DNA of 64,000 nucleotides from a virus, in IMG/VR virus record IMGVR_UViG_3300029374_000001, positions 64,001 to 128,000 of that record; one strand, given 5' to 3'. The position numbers and the translations under genes were made by a program. Of this stretch, positions 19,812-31,434 are shown piece by piece. How positions within the stretch are numbered: the stretch's first letter is position 1; every line of letters begins with the position of its first letter. The notes beneath the pieces are model-generated. The model saw only the letters and a list, made by a program, of their open reading frames with translations, was not told where the DNA came from and searched no databases.

Positions 19812-20223
19812 AATTCTCCTTTAAATATTCTTCAAATAATGCTTGATCTTGGAAGCATTCGTCAGGCATCTTTTTAAAGATTTCTGGTACTGGAATATCT
19901 AATACTACATCTGAAGTGATACAGCTTCGAATGCTGATATGATCTTTATCGGAATATGGATCATATTCTGCATAGTAATAGCTTCCTTTATAATAAAATT
20001 GAGTATAATAATTCTCGGGATTAGAATAGAAATCATAAGCAAAACTCTTAAAATCTGTTTGAACTGAATTGGAATCTACCAAATCATGCTTCTTATTATA
20101 CTCTTCTACATATTCGTTAAACTTTCTCATATCTGTTAAGATATCATGTGGAATTGTTTTAAGTTCTTTTGGGGCTTTAATGGTACAAACAACTTCATGG
20201 TGTCCATCTTCGCAAATATCCAA
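19801..20223 (-). CDS. hypothetical protein (Tyr-rich)
   Basis: ORF track. Confidence 0.45.
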   Translation of the reverse strand: MDICEDGHHEVVCTIKAPKELKTIPHDILTDMRKFNEYVEEYNKKHDLVDSNSVQTDFKSFAYDFYSNPENYYTQFYYKGSYYYAEYDPYSDKDHISIRSCITSDVVLDIPVPEIFKKMPDECFQDQALFEEYLKENYDE

Positions 20224-20298
20224 ATAGTTATTATCTTCGTTATTCCAATGAGCGCACCATAGTTTATTATTATACCAATATGCAGTATGGAATCTTCT

Positions 20299-20802
20299 CT
20301 AATCACTAAACCAATTCTTTGCCAATAACTTAATTCCTTCTTCAGGAGTTTTGATCAATGCGTCATTAATATCTGAAATCATATTGATCGATATATTTCT
20401 GAGACTCATTGTATCGTCCATAGAAGTTTGAGTGTCATTGTTAACGATATCCATGGTACAATCATTCATAGATTCAATATCTATTTTATCATCATGAATA
20501 AATACAATTTCATCAAAGTTATCTGTACTAATCCGTATCTTACCATTCTTCTGGATGTTAATTATCTTTCCATCTCCAAAATCTACAGATACACCATCCA
20601 AAACAGGTTCAAACTTATTATTTGTTGTTTTAGGTACATAATCAAGTAAGATGTCTTCAGAATGTTTAGTCTTACCAGATTCAATATAATCATATATCTT
20701 ATGAATAGCTTCATCTTCTGTATCAGCAAAAACCTTATATCTCAAAGGCCTCTCTACCGCATCAACTTTATAAATTTTATTTATTTTGAATTGATCTTCC
20801 AT
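20299..20802 (-). CDS. hypothetical acidic protein
   Basis: ORF track; start overlaps the upstream gene end (translational coupling). Confidence 0.5.
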   Translation of the reverse strand: MEDQFKINKIYKVDAVERPLRYKVFADTEDEAIHKIYDYIESGKTKHSEDILLDYVPKTTNNKFEPVLDGVSVDFGDGKIINIQKNGKIRISTDNFDEIVFIHDDKIDIESMNDCTMDIVNNDTQTSMDDTMSLRNISINMISDINDALIKTPEEGIKLLAKNWFSD

Positions 20803-21170
20803 TTTTGAATCTCCTTATACTTAGTATCTCCATGCCTATAAATATAATATACGAATGCACACATCATACTTTTAGTAGGAATCTTCATTTGTTTACAAAT
20901 ATCAATGAACTTCTTCTGATCAAGATCTGTATCTAAAGGATTCACCAATACTTTCACTAAATTGACGGGATTATATTTAACAAACGCCTTATAAGATTTA
21001 TAGATTTCATCTATCTCTTCTATTGGTGTTCGGCATACTGCCCGTATAATATCTGTCAATAAAAATCCCGGTTGTCTCTGTATTTTGCCTATATAGATAT
21101 CAATCACTTTATCTAATATATCCATATCTACAGAGACATATTCCGGTATCTTATAAAGATTTCGAAGCAT
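20781..21170 (-). CDS. hypothetical protein
   Basis: ORF track; ATGA start/stop overlap with 21170..21745. Confidence 0.5.
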   Translation of the reverse strand: MLRNLYKIPEYVSVDMDILDKVIDIYIGKIQRQPGFLLTDIIRAVCRTPIEEIDEIYKSYKAFVKYNPVNLVKVLVNPLDTDLDQKKFIDICKQMKIPTKSMMCAFVYYIYRHGDTKYKEIQKWKINSK

Positions 21171-21745
21171 TATTCACCATCCCCATTAGTTGATTGATTT
21201 GGTTTCTGATGACGCATAGCATTCATTTTCAGCTTAATAAGCTCATTGGTAGTTTCTTTAGATTTCAAAGTATCTACCAAATGAGAAACAGCATTTGAAG
21301 CATCTGCTAATATGCGTTCTGTTGCTGTTTCCGGTTCTTTCTTAGGTAGTTCTTTACCACCGACATCATGCGAAGTAATACGCAAAACCCTATCCGAGAT
21401 TATTTCCCGTCCATCTCCATCTGCTATCGCAATTTCGATATTATCATTTGGAATAATAGCCCATTTCCGATTATAAGGAAGTCTTATAGTCATACGATCA
21501 TCAGAAACAATAGCCTCATAAATAAAGACTTGAATAGTTGGTAAATCAATATGATTCATTTGATCTGCTTTTTCTCTTTGTAAATTTGTGAATAAATCTT
21601 CTGTAACACTAGTTTTATATGGATTTGGAGTATCATTCCAATAATCAATAGCTGCTCTTTTAGCTTCTTCTACTCCAGTTGCGTTTCTTACATTTAAAAC
21701 TTCTCTTGTAGGAATTTTAACTAAACAAGATATAGATATCTCCAT
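21170..21745 (-). CDS. hypothetical protein
   Basis: ORF track. Confidence 0.5.
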   Translation of the reverse strand: MEISISCLVKIPTREVLNVRNATGVEEAKRAAIDYWNDTPNPYKTSVTEDLFTNLQREKADQMNHIDLPTIQVFIYEAIVSDDRMTIRLPYNRKWAIIPNDNIEIAIADGDGREIISDRVLRITSHDVGGKELPKKEPETATERILADASNAVSHLVDTLKSKETTNELIKLKMNAMRHQKPNQSTNGDGE

Positions 21746-21747
21746 GA

Positions 21748-22098
21748 TTATTTCTCCTTCTGTTCTAATACATACTTATCTACACTACCATCCGGTTTCT
21801 TAACCAGTACTTTATCCGGCAATATAACTACCTTTGGATCCTCTGCTCCTCCAATAATAGTAGAAGATTCTCCCACTAATAAAATACCATCTATATCCCA
21901 ACCCAAATCAAATACAACATGATCACCCCATTCTTGACCATATTCTACAGAAGCTTTCTTTTTAGCTTCTTCAATATTTTTTGCTTCTACTGTGAATCTA
22001 TGTAATTTAGATTCTGTTACTTCGACTTCATATACTCCATAATATTTGGATTCATATTCTTTTACAGCCTGTTCCATTTCATCATTAATGTTTTCCAT
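21748..22098 (-). CDS. hypothetical protein
   Basis: ORF track; 2-nt gap to the downstream gene. Confidence 0.5.
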   Translation of the reverse strand: MENINDEMEQAVKEYESKYYGVYEVEVTESKLHRFTVEAKNIEEAKKKASVEYGQEWGDHVVFDLGWDIDGILLVGESSTIIGGAEDPKVVILPDKVLVKKPDGSVDKYVLEQKEK

Positions 22099-22201
22099 AA
22101 TATTCTCTCCTTTTGTTTAAAACAAATATAAATATATAGATACTACCTATATAATATATAATTTCAATAGAATATATCCATAGCCAATATTGGCTATGGA
22201 T

Positions 22202-22450
22202 CTATCTCTTCATATATGGGAATATTCTATTTCCTATAGCATGATTAAATACATAAGCATATACTTGATCATCTTCTTGTAAAGGAATATTGACTTGTAT
22301 AGCTCTTGGACCTTTCATTAAAAACTCATCGCTATTTAATTTTCGTCCATTTAATTCTACTTCCATAATCCGTATATATTTCTGATGTATATAGGATTGA
22401 TCTATAAAGAATTCATTATTGATTCCTCTGGTTAATCTAAGTCGGTACAT
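22202..22450 (-). CDS. hypothetical small protein
   Basis: ORF track; overlaps 22432..23067 by 19 nt. Confidence 0.4.
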   Translation of the reverse strand: MYRLRLTRGINNEFFIDQSYIHQKYIRIMEVELNGRKLNSDEFLMKGPRAIQVNIPLQEDDQVYAYVFNHAIGNRIFPYMKR

Positions 22451-23067
22451 GATTTTACCTTTCTATTACTCATTACAATATCACAATTTAATGGAGAAAA
22501 TACTTCTTTGATATTTCTTCTCATAACTCGACAGCGATTGGTATAATTCGGATTGGATAAAATAAATTTCTCAAATTCCAAATAATTATCTTTCCATTCT
22601 TTACACATATCTGATTTAGGAATAGATCGATATAATAACGATACATGTTTATTCTTCCAAATATTATGATGTTTATGAGTTGTGCCATGATGGCATTCAT
22701 TATTATTTCTTTCTTTTTTGGCTTTACGACGCATTTCAGCAATTCTTGTATTTGGATATATGAATCCACATTTAATACATTTAAAGTCATATAGACGGTC
22801 ATTATATGTATTACGTCCGCATTCTCTTATAATCATATATCGATCTTCAATAACTTCTCCTATTCTATTTATACTAGAACGTATTCTATGATTACATTCA
22901 TTAGTGCATTTACAAATATACAGAAGTCTTTTATAAGTACAAATATTTATATACCCACATTTAATGCATCTAAACTTATATATGTTTTCATTAGTTGTTT
23001 GATCTATGGATACTATAGATTCTACCAGATATCTGTTATCAACAATTCCTCCTACATTAATTTCCAT
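22432..23067 (-). CDS. duplicated zinc-ribbon protein (two F[RK]CIKCG[YF]I CxxC repeats plus a His-rich segment), possibly a nucleic-acid-binding or nuclease-like protein
   Basis: Two ~45-aa internal repeats, each with CxxC...C.C; ECHHGTTHKHH segment. Function not assignable from sequence alone. Confidence 0.5.
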   Translation of the reverse strand: MEINVGGIVDNRYLVESIVSIDQTTNENIYKFRCIKCGYINICTYKRLLYICKCTNECNHRIRSSINRIGEVIEDRYMIIRECGRNTYNDRLYDFKCIKCGFIYPNTRIAEMRRKAKKERNNNECHHGTTHKHHNIWKNKHVSLLYRSIPKSDMCKEWKDNYLEFEKFILSNPNYTNRCRVMRRNIKEVFSPLNCDIVMSNRKVKSCTDLD

Positions 23068-23184
23068 TCCACTGTTCCTCCTATTAATTATTTTTAATTA
23101 TATGTATAATATATAATTAAAAGTTATAACAGATGTGTTTAAACACATCTGTTATAATATAAATAATTAATATATGAGTAAACA

Positions 23185-24438
23185 TTATTTTAAATTAAAT
23201 GCTTTATTTATATCTATATCATGTAGCTTAACAGTGGAATCATGAAAGGCCTTTAGGCTCAAAACTTTTAGTGTACTAGCAACCTGAGGTGCGGCTGTTC
23301 CGATGTTCTCATATCCTGCTCTATAAAACAAATTACCAGCACACGCATTACAGATTTGGTTATTGGTGTGATATTCACATAAAGAAGCAAATCTAAACTT
23401 TACTTTCTTATTCAGATATTTATCTAAATTTTCTGAAGTTAGTTCTACTAGTTTGTTTCCTTCTACTATATAAGAATACATCATCATATCCGCATACTGT
23501 TTGGTTAAAGTGATTTCTATTGTTCTTGAAGTCCCACAATCAGAGCCTTTTGGGGCTAGTGTTAAGTGCTGGAAGGCTCTAAGAAATAACTTCTCCCAGT
23601 ATCCACCTTTAGGGGTCTTTTTAGCTCTAGAATAAGGCCCTGCTGCTAATGAACGAGCCATAGCAGAATAATCTTCTTTTGATACGCCATCCATATAGTT
23701 AGATTTAACTACGGTATATCCTTTAGTAGGATCGGGATCTTTCATAGCGCCCTTCATTACAAAGATATTCTTAAAGTTATTAGAGAAAGATCCTTTAGCT
23801 TTAGAGTCATACATATCCATAGATACATCATTCTTTAGTTCTTGTTTAGCATAGTCTAATAATTCTTTCTCTATCTTATCTGCGGCATACATATTCTTCA
23901 TAGGATCAGCTAATTCATCTTTATATTGTTTGAAAAGCTGATCCTTCTTCTTATTGATCTTAGCAGACATATTCAGCATATTTGTAGTAAATCCAGAACA
24001 TAGGATATTACAATATGGCTGGAACTTCTGCTGTCTCATTAAATATCTCTTCAATACTTCTACAGCGATCTTATCTTCCATTAAAGCAAAAGACAACTTC
24101 TTATTTATATCACCCAATACATCATCATCAATTGGTTTATTGATATAATGGAAAAGATCAAACAAGTCTTGTTCTATGAATGTCTTATTCCACCACCATC
24201 TTCCTACTGTGGTAGTAAAAGAATTCTTATTCTTCTTATTTCCAGGACCATAAGAATTTGGTGGAATAGTAATGATATCATAGGTATGAAATCTAGGTTC
24301 TTTTCCATCTAGTGTGCCAAATGTTTCCATCATAGCAGATAGAGATTCTAATTGTAATTGTGATAGATTAAGAAAATAATCAATATCTTCTTTTTTCTTT
24401 ATAATCTTAGGAATTCTGACATTTGTTTTAGTAGCCAT
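23185..24438 (-). CDS. RNA polymerase beta' subunit middle fragment (F-loop, bridge helix, first half of trigger loop)
   Basis: [56 protein letters not shown] aligns to E. coli beta' [63 protein letters not shown] corresponds to DDCGTHEGI, and [18 protein letters not shown]..FH to the trigger-loop segment GEPGTQLTMRTFH. The gene ends within the trigger loop. Confidence 0.75.
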   Translation of the reverse strand: [417 protein letters not shown]

Positions 24439-24562
24439 TTAGACATAGTCCTCCTATAATAAATTTCTGATTTATTAATAGAATGTAAATGAACTGAGAA
24501 AATATCCCAGACTCTATATAGAGTCTGGGATATAATACAATATATTCTGTATTAACTTTTAG

Positions 24563-25462
24563 TTACAAGTAGACTGAATAGCGAACACTGATTGAGAGCC
24601 GAGTATCAATAAGAGGCAAATTAGCCATATTCAATCTTGTTACAGGTCTGATGTTCTCATATGTATACTCTTTAATTCCTCCAGCCAATGTACGTCCTGT
24701 AGCATGAGGATAAGCAACACATAAAGACATAGAGTTTACTCTGGCATCATTCAGTCCCGTACCATAGAAAAAGAAGTCTCTGCAATCGTCTTTAGAGATA
24801 GACATCTGCATAGATACAATCGTTTCTACTTCTGTATCTGTAGACTCCTGTGTAGTATATACATTTGCATCTATAGGAGTACCGTCTGTAAACTGTTGCG
24901 TAAAGGTAGGAACAGAATCAAACTTCTTAAAGTAGTATGCAATACGTCCATCAGAATTGGCATTTTTCTTTCTACCAAAATATGTACCAGCTTTTGTATA
25001 ATCTCTCTGTACAGCTGTCAAATCAGAATCGGCTGTAGTAAACCGGAAGGGAATAATACCACCGTATGTATCATCATAGTCTGGTTTAATCCAGGATGCA
25101 TAACGAGCCGCAAAGACCTGCGAGTTTTCTCTACCGCATCCATCGGTTCCTACACAGAAGAGATACACTTTTTCAGGAGTTTTAGATACATTAGAAGGTT
25201 GTTCATCATCTAACGCTAAAGCTGAATTGTAAGTAGGAGTTTTTTCAGGTTCATCAATATCAAACAAAGCTCTGGCAATAAATCCACCGCCAACCAATGT
25301 CATGATGTTATGCTGTCTAAAGAGTTCTTCTCCTGTATCGGTATAATAGGCTACCACTTCTGTTTTAAATTTAGAATGGGTAGCCAATTTATCTTTAATT
25401 ATAGACGATATATCTTCATTAGATATACCCACTTTATCAGAAAGATGTATAAGTTTATTCAT
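24563..25462 (-). CDS. hypothetical protein (299 aa)
   Basis: ORF track; AAGGAGA SD upstream. Confidence 0.5.
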   Translation of the reverse strand: MNKLIHLSDKVGISNEDISSIIKDKLATHSKFKTEVVAYYTDTGEELFRQHNIMTLVGGGFIARALFDIDEPEKTPTYNSALALDDEQPSNVSKTPEKVYLFCVGTDGCGRENSQVFAARYASWIKPDYDDTYGGIIPFRFTTADSDLTAVQRDYTKAGTYFGRKKNANSDGRIAYYFKKFDSVPTFTQQFTDGTPIDANVYTTQESTDTEVETIVSMQMSISKDDCRDFFFYGTGLNDARVNSMSLCVAYPHATGRTLAGGIKEYTYENIRPVTRLNMANLPLIDTRLSISVRYSVYL

Positions 25463-25491
25463 TATTATATAAATCTCCTTTCAGAAATTGA

Positions 25492-28400
25492 TCAGGTCCT
25501 ATATACAGCATATAGAGAAACATCCAGAATTCCATTATTAATCATAATCATAAAGAATCCAGAAGCTTCTACTTGCGCCGGTGTATAATCAACCGCATTA
25601 TTGAATGTCCATCCAAAGAAATGCTTTCCGGCTGGAGCATCCGTAACCGATGGAATGGGTGAAGATAATAATAACGTTCCATTTTTATCAAATGCAATTC
25701 TACCAATAGTTTCTCCATGATTATTTATGAATTTGCAATATCCTTTTATTTTGCTTTGTACAGATACCGTACCATCTCCAGGTCTATTGATTGTATAATA
25801 CTCCATAGGTTCTATTTTAGAAGCATGATTTAACCAATGGGGTTCTGTTTGATACTGTAGAACAAGATCATTAGGAACTAATATCTTGCATGTAGCCGGA
25901 ATATGCGATTCGTCTGATGTTAAATTAAATTTAAAGATTGTGGATTCTATAATCAAATATTTTAATGAAATACATCCGTCAAATATATGATTAGTCAATG
26001 CCAATTTTGTCAGTGTATCAAAACTGCCAATATCTATAACTTTTATAGAAGAGCAACGATTAAATAATTCATAAGCCATATCATCTATTATAATATTCCA
26101 TTTGCTTAAATCGATAGATGTTAATTTTTCACAACCTTCAAACAAATTTTCAATTCTTTTTGCATTTGTAGTAGAATTCCAAGCTGGTAGATTGACTTTA
26201 ACCAAATTTTTGCATTTTTTAAATAAGTATGCAATACTTATTAATTTATCGCCGATATTCCATGATGATAAATCTAATGATGTAACCGATTCGCATCCAC
26301 TAAATACTCCATTAGCGCTAATAAGTTCATTTGTATTAACCATTTTTAAAATAGGATTAATGACAGACGAAGATAACAATTTACAATTATAAAATGTATA
26401 ATCCATACCTGTAACTTTAATTGAATTTAACGAGTTTGGAATATCTATAGATGTTAATTTTATACATCCACTAAATGTGCTCTCAAAATAAACAGTAAAT
26501 GTACTCGGTATAATTGGTAATTTAGCGGATACTAATTCAATGCAATCGGAGAACGAATTATACATATCTATATGCGATACCAATCCAATATGGGATATAT
26601 CTATATTTGTTAATTTATAACAATCTTTAAATATATGTGATAAATCACCATACGTATTACTTAAATTCATCGCATGTATGACATGCACAATTTGATCTGT
26701 TGGAAGATTTTTGCATCCATTAAATAACGTAGCTATCCTGTGCATAGAATTATTATTTCCAAAATTAGATGGTATTTTTATTTCTGTTAAATTTTCATTG
26801 TCTTGAAACATTCCTGAAATTTTAGCAATATTTGTTAAATTTAACATAGATAAATCTATTTTATTTATTTTTTTACAATATCTAAACATACTGTATGCTG
26901 TATTTACATTTTTAGTATTAAAAGACGCAGAAAACTTAATTGACGTAAGATTTTTACACCCCTCAAATAATCCTGAAGTATTTGTTAGCTTATCTGATGT
27001 TGTTATATGAGATAAATCTATCGATTCCAAAGATTCACAATTACCAAACATGCGTTGTATAGTTATAGCATTTGAAAGATTTAACCATGTTAAATCTATA
27101 TTACTCAAATGCGTACAATATGACGCAAAATATGAAAAAATTTCAACATATTTTGTATCTATATTTAATCTAGGAATAGAATTTAATTTTGTATCATATG
27201 ATGTATATTCTAACTCATTCTTAGGATGTGCCGCAAACATACACATCATATTATTAGCCAATAATCCAGAATTCAAATAGGCTAATTTATCCGCTGGAAT
27301 AGTTGTAGCATTTGCATAGTTAAAAATATTATCATATGCCCATCCGCTTAAATTCGCAGTTATATCCTTTAACTTCTTAAATACGACTTCACTATTTGCG
27401 GACGCCATAATCTGAACAGATCGATTATTGACAGGAATCCATTGCATAGGAACACTCGGGGTAGCTTCTATCCAATCATTGCTTATATTATCTGGTTTCT
27501 TATATCGTTCATCTTTAGGAGAAATTGCTACAAATATTTTACCATTACTGGTTATCTTGCAATCAATTCCTTCTGTACTTCCTATAGAATTCATTGTTTC
27601 AACTGCAAGTGTTCCGTCCGGTTTGGTGTATTGTATAGTTAAAATTCCTTGGAAACTATTTAATTTCTTAATTCTAATCGTTTTGGCCAATACAGCAGCA
27701 CTTACTTTAATCTTTACGTTGTCTCTAACGGTATATGTATTATTAGCATTTTTATGAGCACCACTAACTGTTGCGTCTCCTGGGCTATAATTACTAGGAT
27801 CGTCTGTAGATAGCTTATATCTAATAATATCATCATAATAAATATCATTTGGATATAAAGTAGTAATTTCTGTATATATATCAGAAGATGTACCATTACC
27901 ATTAATATTTACATAGAGTTTATTATGAGATTGTAATTCTGCTTCTAATTTGTATTTTCTCTTAGATGCAGGGTCAGATTTTATTGTACACGGTCCAGTA
28001 ATCTTATATGCTTTCTTACCAGCAATTGTAACTTCCGTATAAGATCCTGTGATCTTATATTTCCCAGCTGCCCAAATTTTCTTATCTTTAGGAACTACAG
28101 AGATATAGATAACTTCTTGATATTCAATATCAAAATTATCGGTATATACGACACCATTCTTATCTGTAATTTTGATAAATTGTTTGTCAGCATCCGTATT
28201 GATCAAGGTAATTCGTTCTTTTTCTAAAGTGGCTGGAGTAACAATACATTCCATATCTCCTGCAGAGAATTTAAATCCACCGGGCCCATCGCTATGAGGA
28301 CCAGAATAAGATACTTTACCTACTACATAATGAGCATCCGGAACCAAATCAACTCTAACCAATGTCATACGTGGAATATTGAAGAAATGAATACTTCCAT

Positions 28401-31400
28401 CTACAGGAACAACATCCGTTAGAATATGAACCAAATCTTCTCCATGTAAGAACTTGATGCCCTGATGTTTATAGATCGTATCCTTTTCTGTTGTATCTAT
28501 CTTAAACCGATATTGATGAACAGTAGCTGGAGTCGCTGTTACTGTCAGATCAGAATGTACACTAAACAATGGTTGATGGCCAGATTTCTGTACAGCTGAT
28601 CCTGTAATATGATGATTTCCGGGATCATATCCTTCATCGGCTCTTATTGGAATCAAAATAATCGCACCATCTGGTACATCTAAAGAATCTGTATAATAGT
28701 TACCTAAGTATACAACAGTAATTGTTTCATGAGGTTGCTGAACAATTGTTATATGTCTCATAATAGGAGCAGCATCAGTAACATATAATGAGCAATCACT
28801 CTTAATGGTATATGTACCATCTACATGATCAATAACATCTCCATCAAAATAGATATTTCCTGCTGTATATCCGGCATCCGCCGTTACCGATGCACTAATT
28901 GTATCGCCATGTGTTACGGTAACTGATTGTCCGGGATTATAAGTAATTCCTTTATAAACAACCTTAACCGTCTGGTGTTGATACTGAGGAACAGAGATAA
29001 CATACTTCTTAAGTTCATTAGCGGATGCTGTCAATGTAACATCGCCCGTTACATAAAACCGTCCAGATTCTATAAGATCATATACACCCGTTATATTTAC
29101 AGTATTTGTTGTATACCCAGTATCTGCACTATAAAAATAATCAATATGATCTCTATAATAGGCATCAAACGATGTGCTAAGAATATTGTTATTATTAACT
29201 CGGCATACTACATGACCATGTGGGGCATGTACTAAGGTAATATGATATTTCTTTCGAGTAGCCTTAGTGGCTCTAATCATACAATCTCCAATAAGATTAT
29301 ATTTATTACCAATTTCCAGCATCATTTCAGGAGCGGGAATAATTGAACCCGCATTAAATCCTGTATCTGCACTAATTTCTACCCATATAGGAGAATTGTA
29401 TGCTGTATATGCAGAACCGTTTGTAATCTGTCTAAGAACTCCATTATAGTAATACGTTACTTTAATGGTCTGATGATCTGAAGGAACAATAGAGAATTTA
29501 AATTTCTTAATATCTACTACAGCTGTACTCTGAATATTTACATCTCCAGTAATTACCCATCCGCTGTCAGTCTTTGTAAATCCTCCAGTAACGGTATAAT
29601 TATTAGAGTTATCTATAGTATATCCAGCTTCTGGAACTACTTTAATTGATGTAATAGTAGAATTGTATGGGAACGTTTTATTTACACTATACGTATTTCC
29701 ATTAACCACATACTCAATCTTCTGATGAGGTTTAGTCTGTAAAGTAATTTGATAATTCTTAGGTGTAGCCGCAGTAGCAGATAATATCGTTGTATCTGTA
29801 ACGATTATAGTAGGCTGAGGTACATGTCCAGGATTATAGTGTTCATTAGTCGATACAACTTCTACTGTAATGGTATCACCATTCTTAACTATGAAATCTG
29901 TATAATATTTCTTACCATTATACGTTACAACCAACTTCTGATTGGGATACTCTGGAACAACTACTTTACACTTAGCTAATTTAACTGGAGTAGCTTGCAA
30001 TGTAATGGTATGATCTACAGTAATCTCTGCATTCTCGGGAACATTTAGCGTACCTTTGATATACTTATCGGAATCTGCTAAAGTTAATGTAGCTTTAATT
30101 TTAGCTCCCTTGGGAACTACAATACTTTTAGTTGTCTTCATTCCGTTATACTCCACAGTAATTGTCTGATTAGGAGATTGTATAATATGAACCACGCAAT
30201 GAGTAATCTTATTTTCTTCATCCAAATGATTCAAGAAGAACCATTCAAATTCTTCTGGTTTCAAATTGAAATGTCTAAAGTTAGTTGCTTTAACATTGGG
30301 AGTTAAAGACAATTGTGTATACAATGGTTCATCTTTATGAGGATGAGCCAAATCAATCATAATCTGTGGTTGTGTTTCATCCAACTCATGATAGTGAGTA
30401 TACCAATCACAAAAACGTTCTGTTTTCTTATCTCCATCTAAGAAGTCTGTTAATAATATACCAGAGTCTATTTTAACTTCATCAGATGCATAGAACTGTA
30501 TATCATTATAAGCAGTTCCATTTAACTTTTCAGTAGATTCTGCTTGAGAAGTTTTATAGTTTAATACTGGTCTTAATCTTCCAGGTACATATCCTTTATC
30601 CACTTCTAGCTTAGAAGTATAAGAACTTCCATAAGGCACTTCTACAGGAGAATTAGCAGATGTATATGTATTAGCCCCTACAGTAACAGATACTTTCTGA
30701 TGAGCATAAGAAGGAATATAAAACTTTACTTTCTTCTGAGATACAGAAGATACTGTTAAAGTTAACGTTAATGTAGATAAATCAAAACAAGGAGATCCAG
30801 AATGAATTGTATATGGCTTATTCACATCATGATCTTTAATTGCTCCTGGAATATAACCAGGCTTTGTCAATTTTGCTTCTACAAAGTATTCTGTATCATA
30901 AGGGACTGTATATGTCTTATCTGCTGTAGTAGAAGAAGAGTATACACCATGAGTAGATACAAAAGATATAATTTGATTAGTCGTCTTAGGAATCTTAATT
31001 GTACATGTTTTAGGAACAGCTTCTTCTTTTGCATAGATATATTTATTCTTAAAGATCTTATGCTTCTTATTGTCTATATTCTTTAATACAGACTTTGTAT
31101 ATCCTTCTTCTCCAACTAGATCTACAGAATATTGTGAATTTATTTTTAATGTAACTACTTCTTTTTTCTTTAGTACTTCATCCACTTCTCCAGCTCTATT
31201 ATATGTAGTCACCTGGATATACTGATGATTATATTGCTTCAATACCAAATGAGCAACAGAAGAAGTAGCAGGTGATGCATATATAGTTGTATTCGAGTCT
31301 AATACTCCAGATTCTTTATTTAATCGTCCGGCAGTATATTCTTCAGAGTCTGCTTGAATAGATGCTCTATATTTTGTAGACTTAGGAAGCTTAGTAGATG

Positions 31401-31434
31401 TAGTTAGATCTATATGCTCTGCCACTATATTCAC
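25492..31434 (-). CDS. giant fibre/adhesin-like protein (1980 aa): N-terminal and central Ig-like ~90-aa repeat modules, C-terminal BspA-type leucine-rich-repeat domain
   Basis: C-terminal third holds many repeats of the type IDLS.L..T.IS.MF..C..L..I.LP.SF...N (BspA-like LRR). The upstream part holds repeated modules ending GY.PG.LN and starting T.K.Y.I.L...PHQ.I.V.YNG. GTG start at 31434 sits directly after AAGGAGA, so the exact start is uncertain. Confidence 0.8.
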   Translation of the reverse strand: MNIVAEHIDLTTSTKLPKSTKYRASIQADSEEYTAGRLNKESGVLDSNTTIYASPATSSVAHLVLKQYNHQYIQVTTYNRAGEVDEVLKKKEVVTLKINSQYSVDLVGEEGYTKSVLKNIDNKKHKIFKNKYIYAKEEAVPKTCTIKIPKTTNQIISFVSTHGVYSSSTTADKTYTVPYDTEYFVEAKLTKPGYIPGAIKDHDVNKPYTIHSGSPCFDLSTLTLTLTVSSVSQKKVKFYIPSYAHQKVSVTVGANTYTSANSPVEVPYGSSYTSKLEVDKGYVPGRLRPVLNYKTSQAESTEKLNGTAYNDIQFYASDEVKIDSGILLTDFLDGDKKTERFCDWYTHYHELDETQPQIMIDLAHPHKDEPLYTQLSLTPNVKATNFRHFNLKPEEFEWFFLNHLDEENKITHCVVHIIQSPNQTITVEYNGMKTTKSIVVPKGAKIKATLTLADSDKYIKGTLNVPENAEITVDHTITLQATPVKLAKCKVVVPEYPNQKLVVTYNGKKYYTDFIVKNGDTITVEVVSTNEHYNPGHVPQPTIIVTDTTILSATAATPKNYQITLQTKPHQKIEYVVNGNTYSVNKTFPYNSTITSIKVVPEAGYTIDNSNNYTVTGGFTKTDSGWVITGDVNIQSTAVVDIKKFKFSIVPSDHQTIKVTYYYNGVLRQITNGSAYTAYNSPIWVEISADTGFNAGSIIPAPEMMLEIGNKYNLIGDCMIRATKATRKKYHITLVHAPHGHVVCRVNNNNILSTSFDAYYRDHIDYFYSADTGYTTNTVNITGVYDLIESGRFYVTGDVTLTASANELKKYVISVPQYQHQTVKVVYKGITYNPGQSVTVTHGDTISASVTADAGYTAGNIYFDGDVIDHVDGTYTIKSDCSLYVTDAAPIMRHITIVQQPHETITVVYLGNYYTDSLDVPDGAIILIPIRADEGYDPGNHHITGSAVQKSGHQPLFSVHSDLTVTATPATVHQYRFKIDTTEKDTIYKHQGIKFLHGEDLVHILTDVVPVDGSIHFFNIPRMTLVRVDLVPDAHYVVGKVSYSGPHSDGPGGFKFSAGDMECIVTPATLEKERITLINTDADKQFIKITDKNGVVYTDNFDIEYQEVIYISVVPKDKKIWAAGKYKITGSYTEVTIAGKKAYKITGPCTIKSDPASKRKYKLEAELQSHNKLYVNINGNGTSSDIYTEITTLYPNDIYYDDIIRYKLSTDDPSNYSPGDATVSGAHKNANNTYTVRDNVKIKVSAAVLAKTIRIKKLNSFQGILTIQYTKPDGTLAVETMNSIGSTEGIDCKITSNGKIFVAISPKDERYKKPDNISNDWIEATPSVPMQWIPVNNRSVQIMASANSEVVFKKLKDITANLSGWAYDNIFNYANATTIPADKLAYLNSGLLANNMMCMFAAHPKNELEYTSYDTKLNSIPRLNIDTKYVEIFSYFASYCTHLSNIDLTWLNLSNAITIQRMFGNCESLESIDLSHITTSDKLTNTSGLFEGCKNLTSIKFSASFNTKNVNTAYSMFRYCKKINKIDLSMLNLTNIAKISGMFQDNENLTEIKIPSNFGNNNSMHRIATLFNGCKNLPTDQIVHVIHAMNLSNTYGDLSHIFKDCYKLTNIDISHIGLVSHIDMYNSFSDCIELVSAKLPIIPSTFTVYFESTFSGCIKLTSIDIPNSLNSIKVTGMDYTFYNCKLLSSSVINPILKMVNTNELISANGVFSGCESVTSLDLSSWNIGDKLISIAYLFKKCKNLVKVNLPAWNSTTNAKRIENLFEGCEKLTSIDLSKWNIIIDDMAYELFNRCSSIKVIDIGSFDTLTKLALTNHIFDGCISLKYLIIESTIFKFNLTSDESHIPATCKILVPNDLVLQYQTEPHWLNHASKIEPMEYYTINRPGDGTVSVQSKIKGYCKFINNHGETIGRIAFDKNGTLLLSSPIPSVTDAPAGKHFFGWTFNNAVDYTPAQVEASGFFMIMINNGILDVSLYAVYRT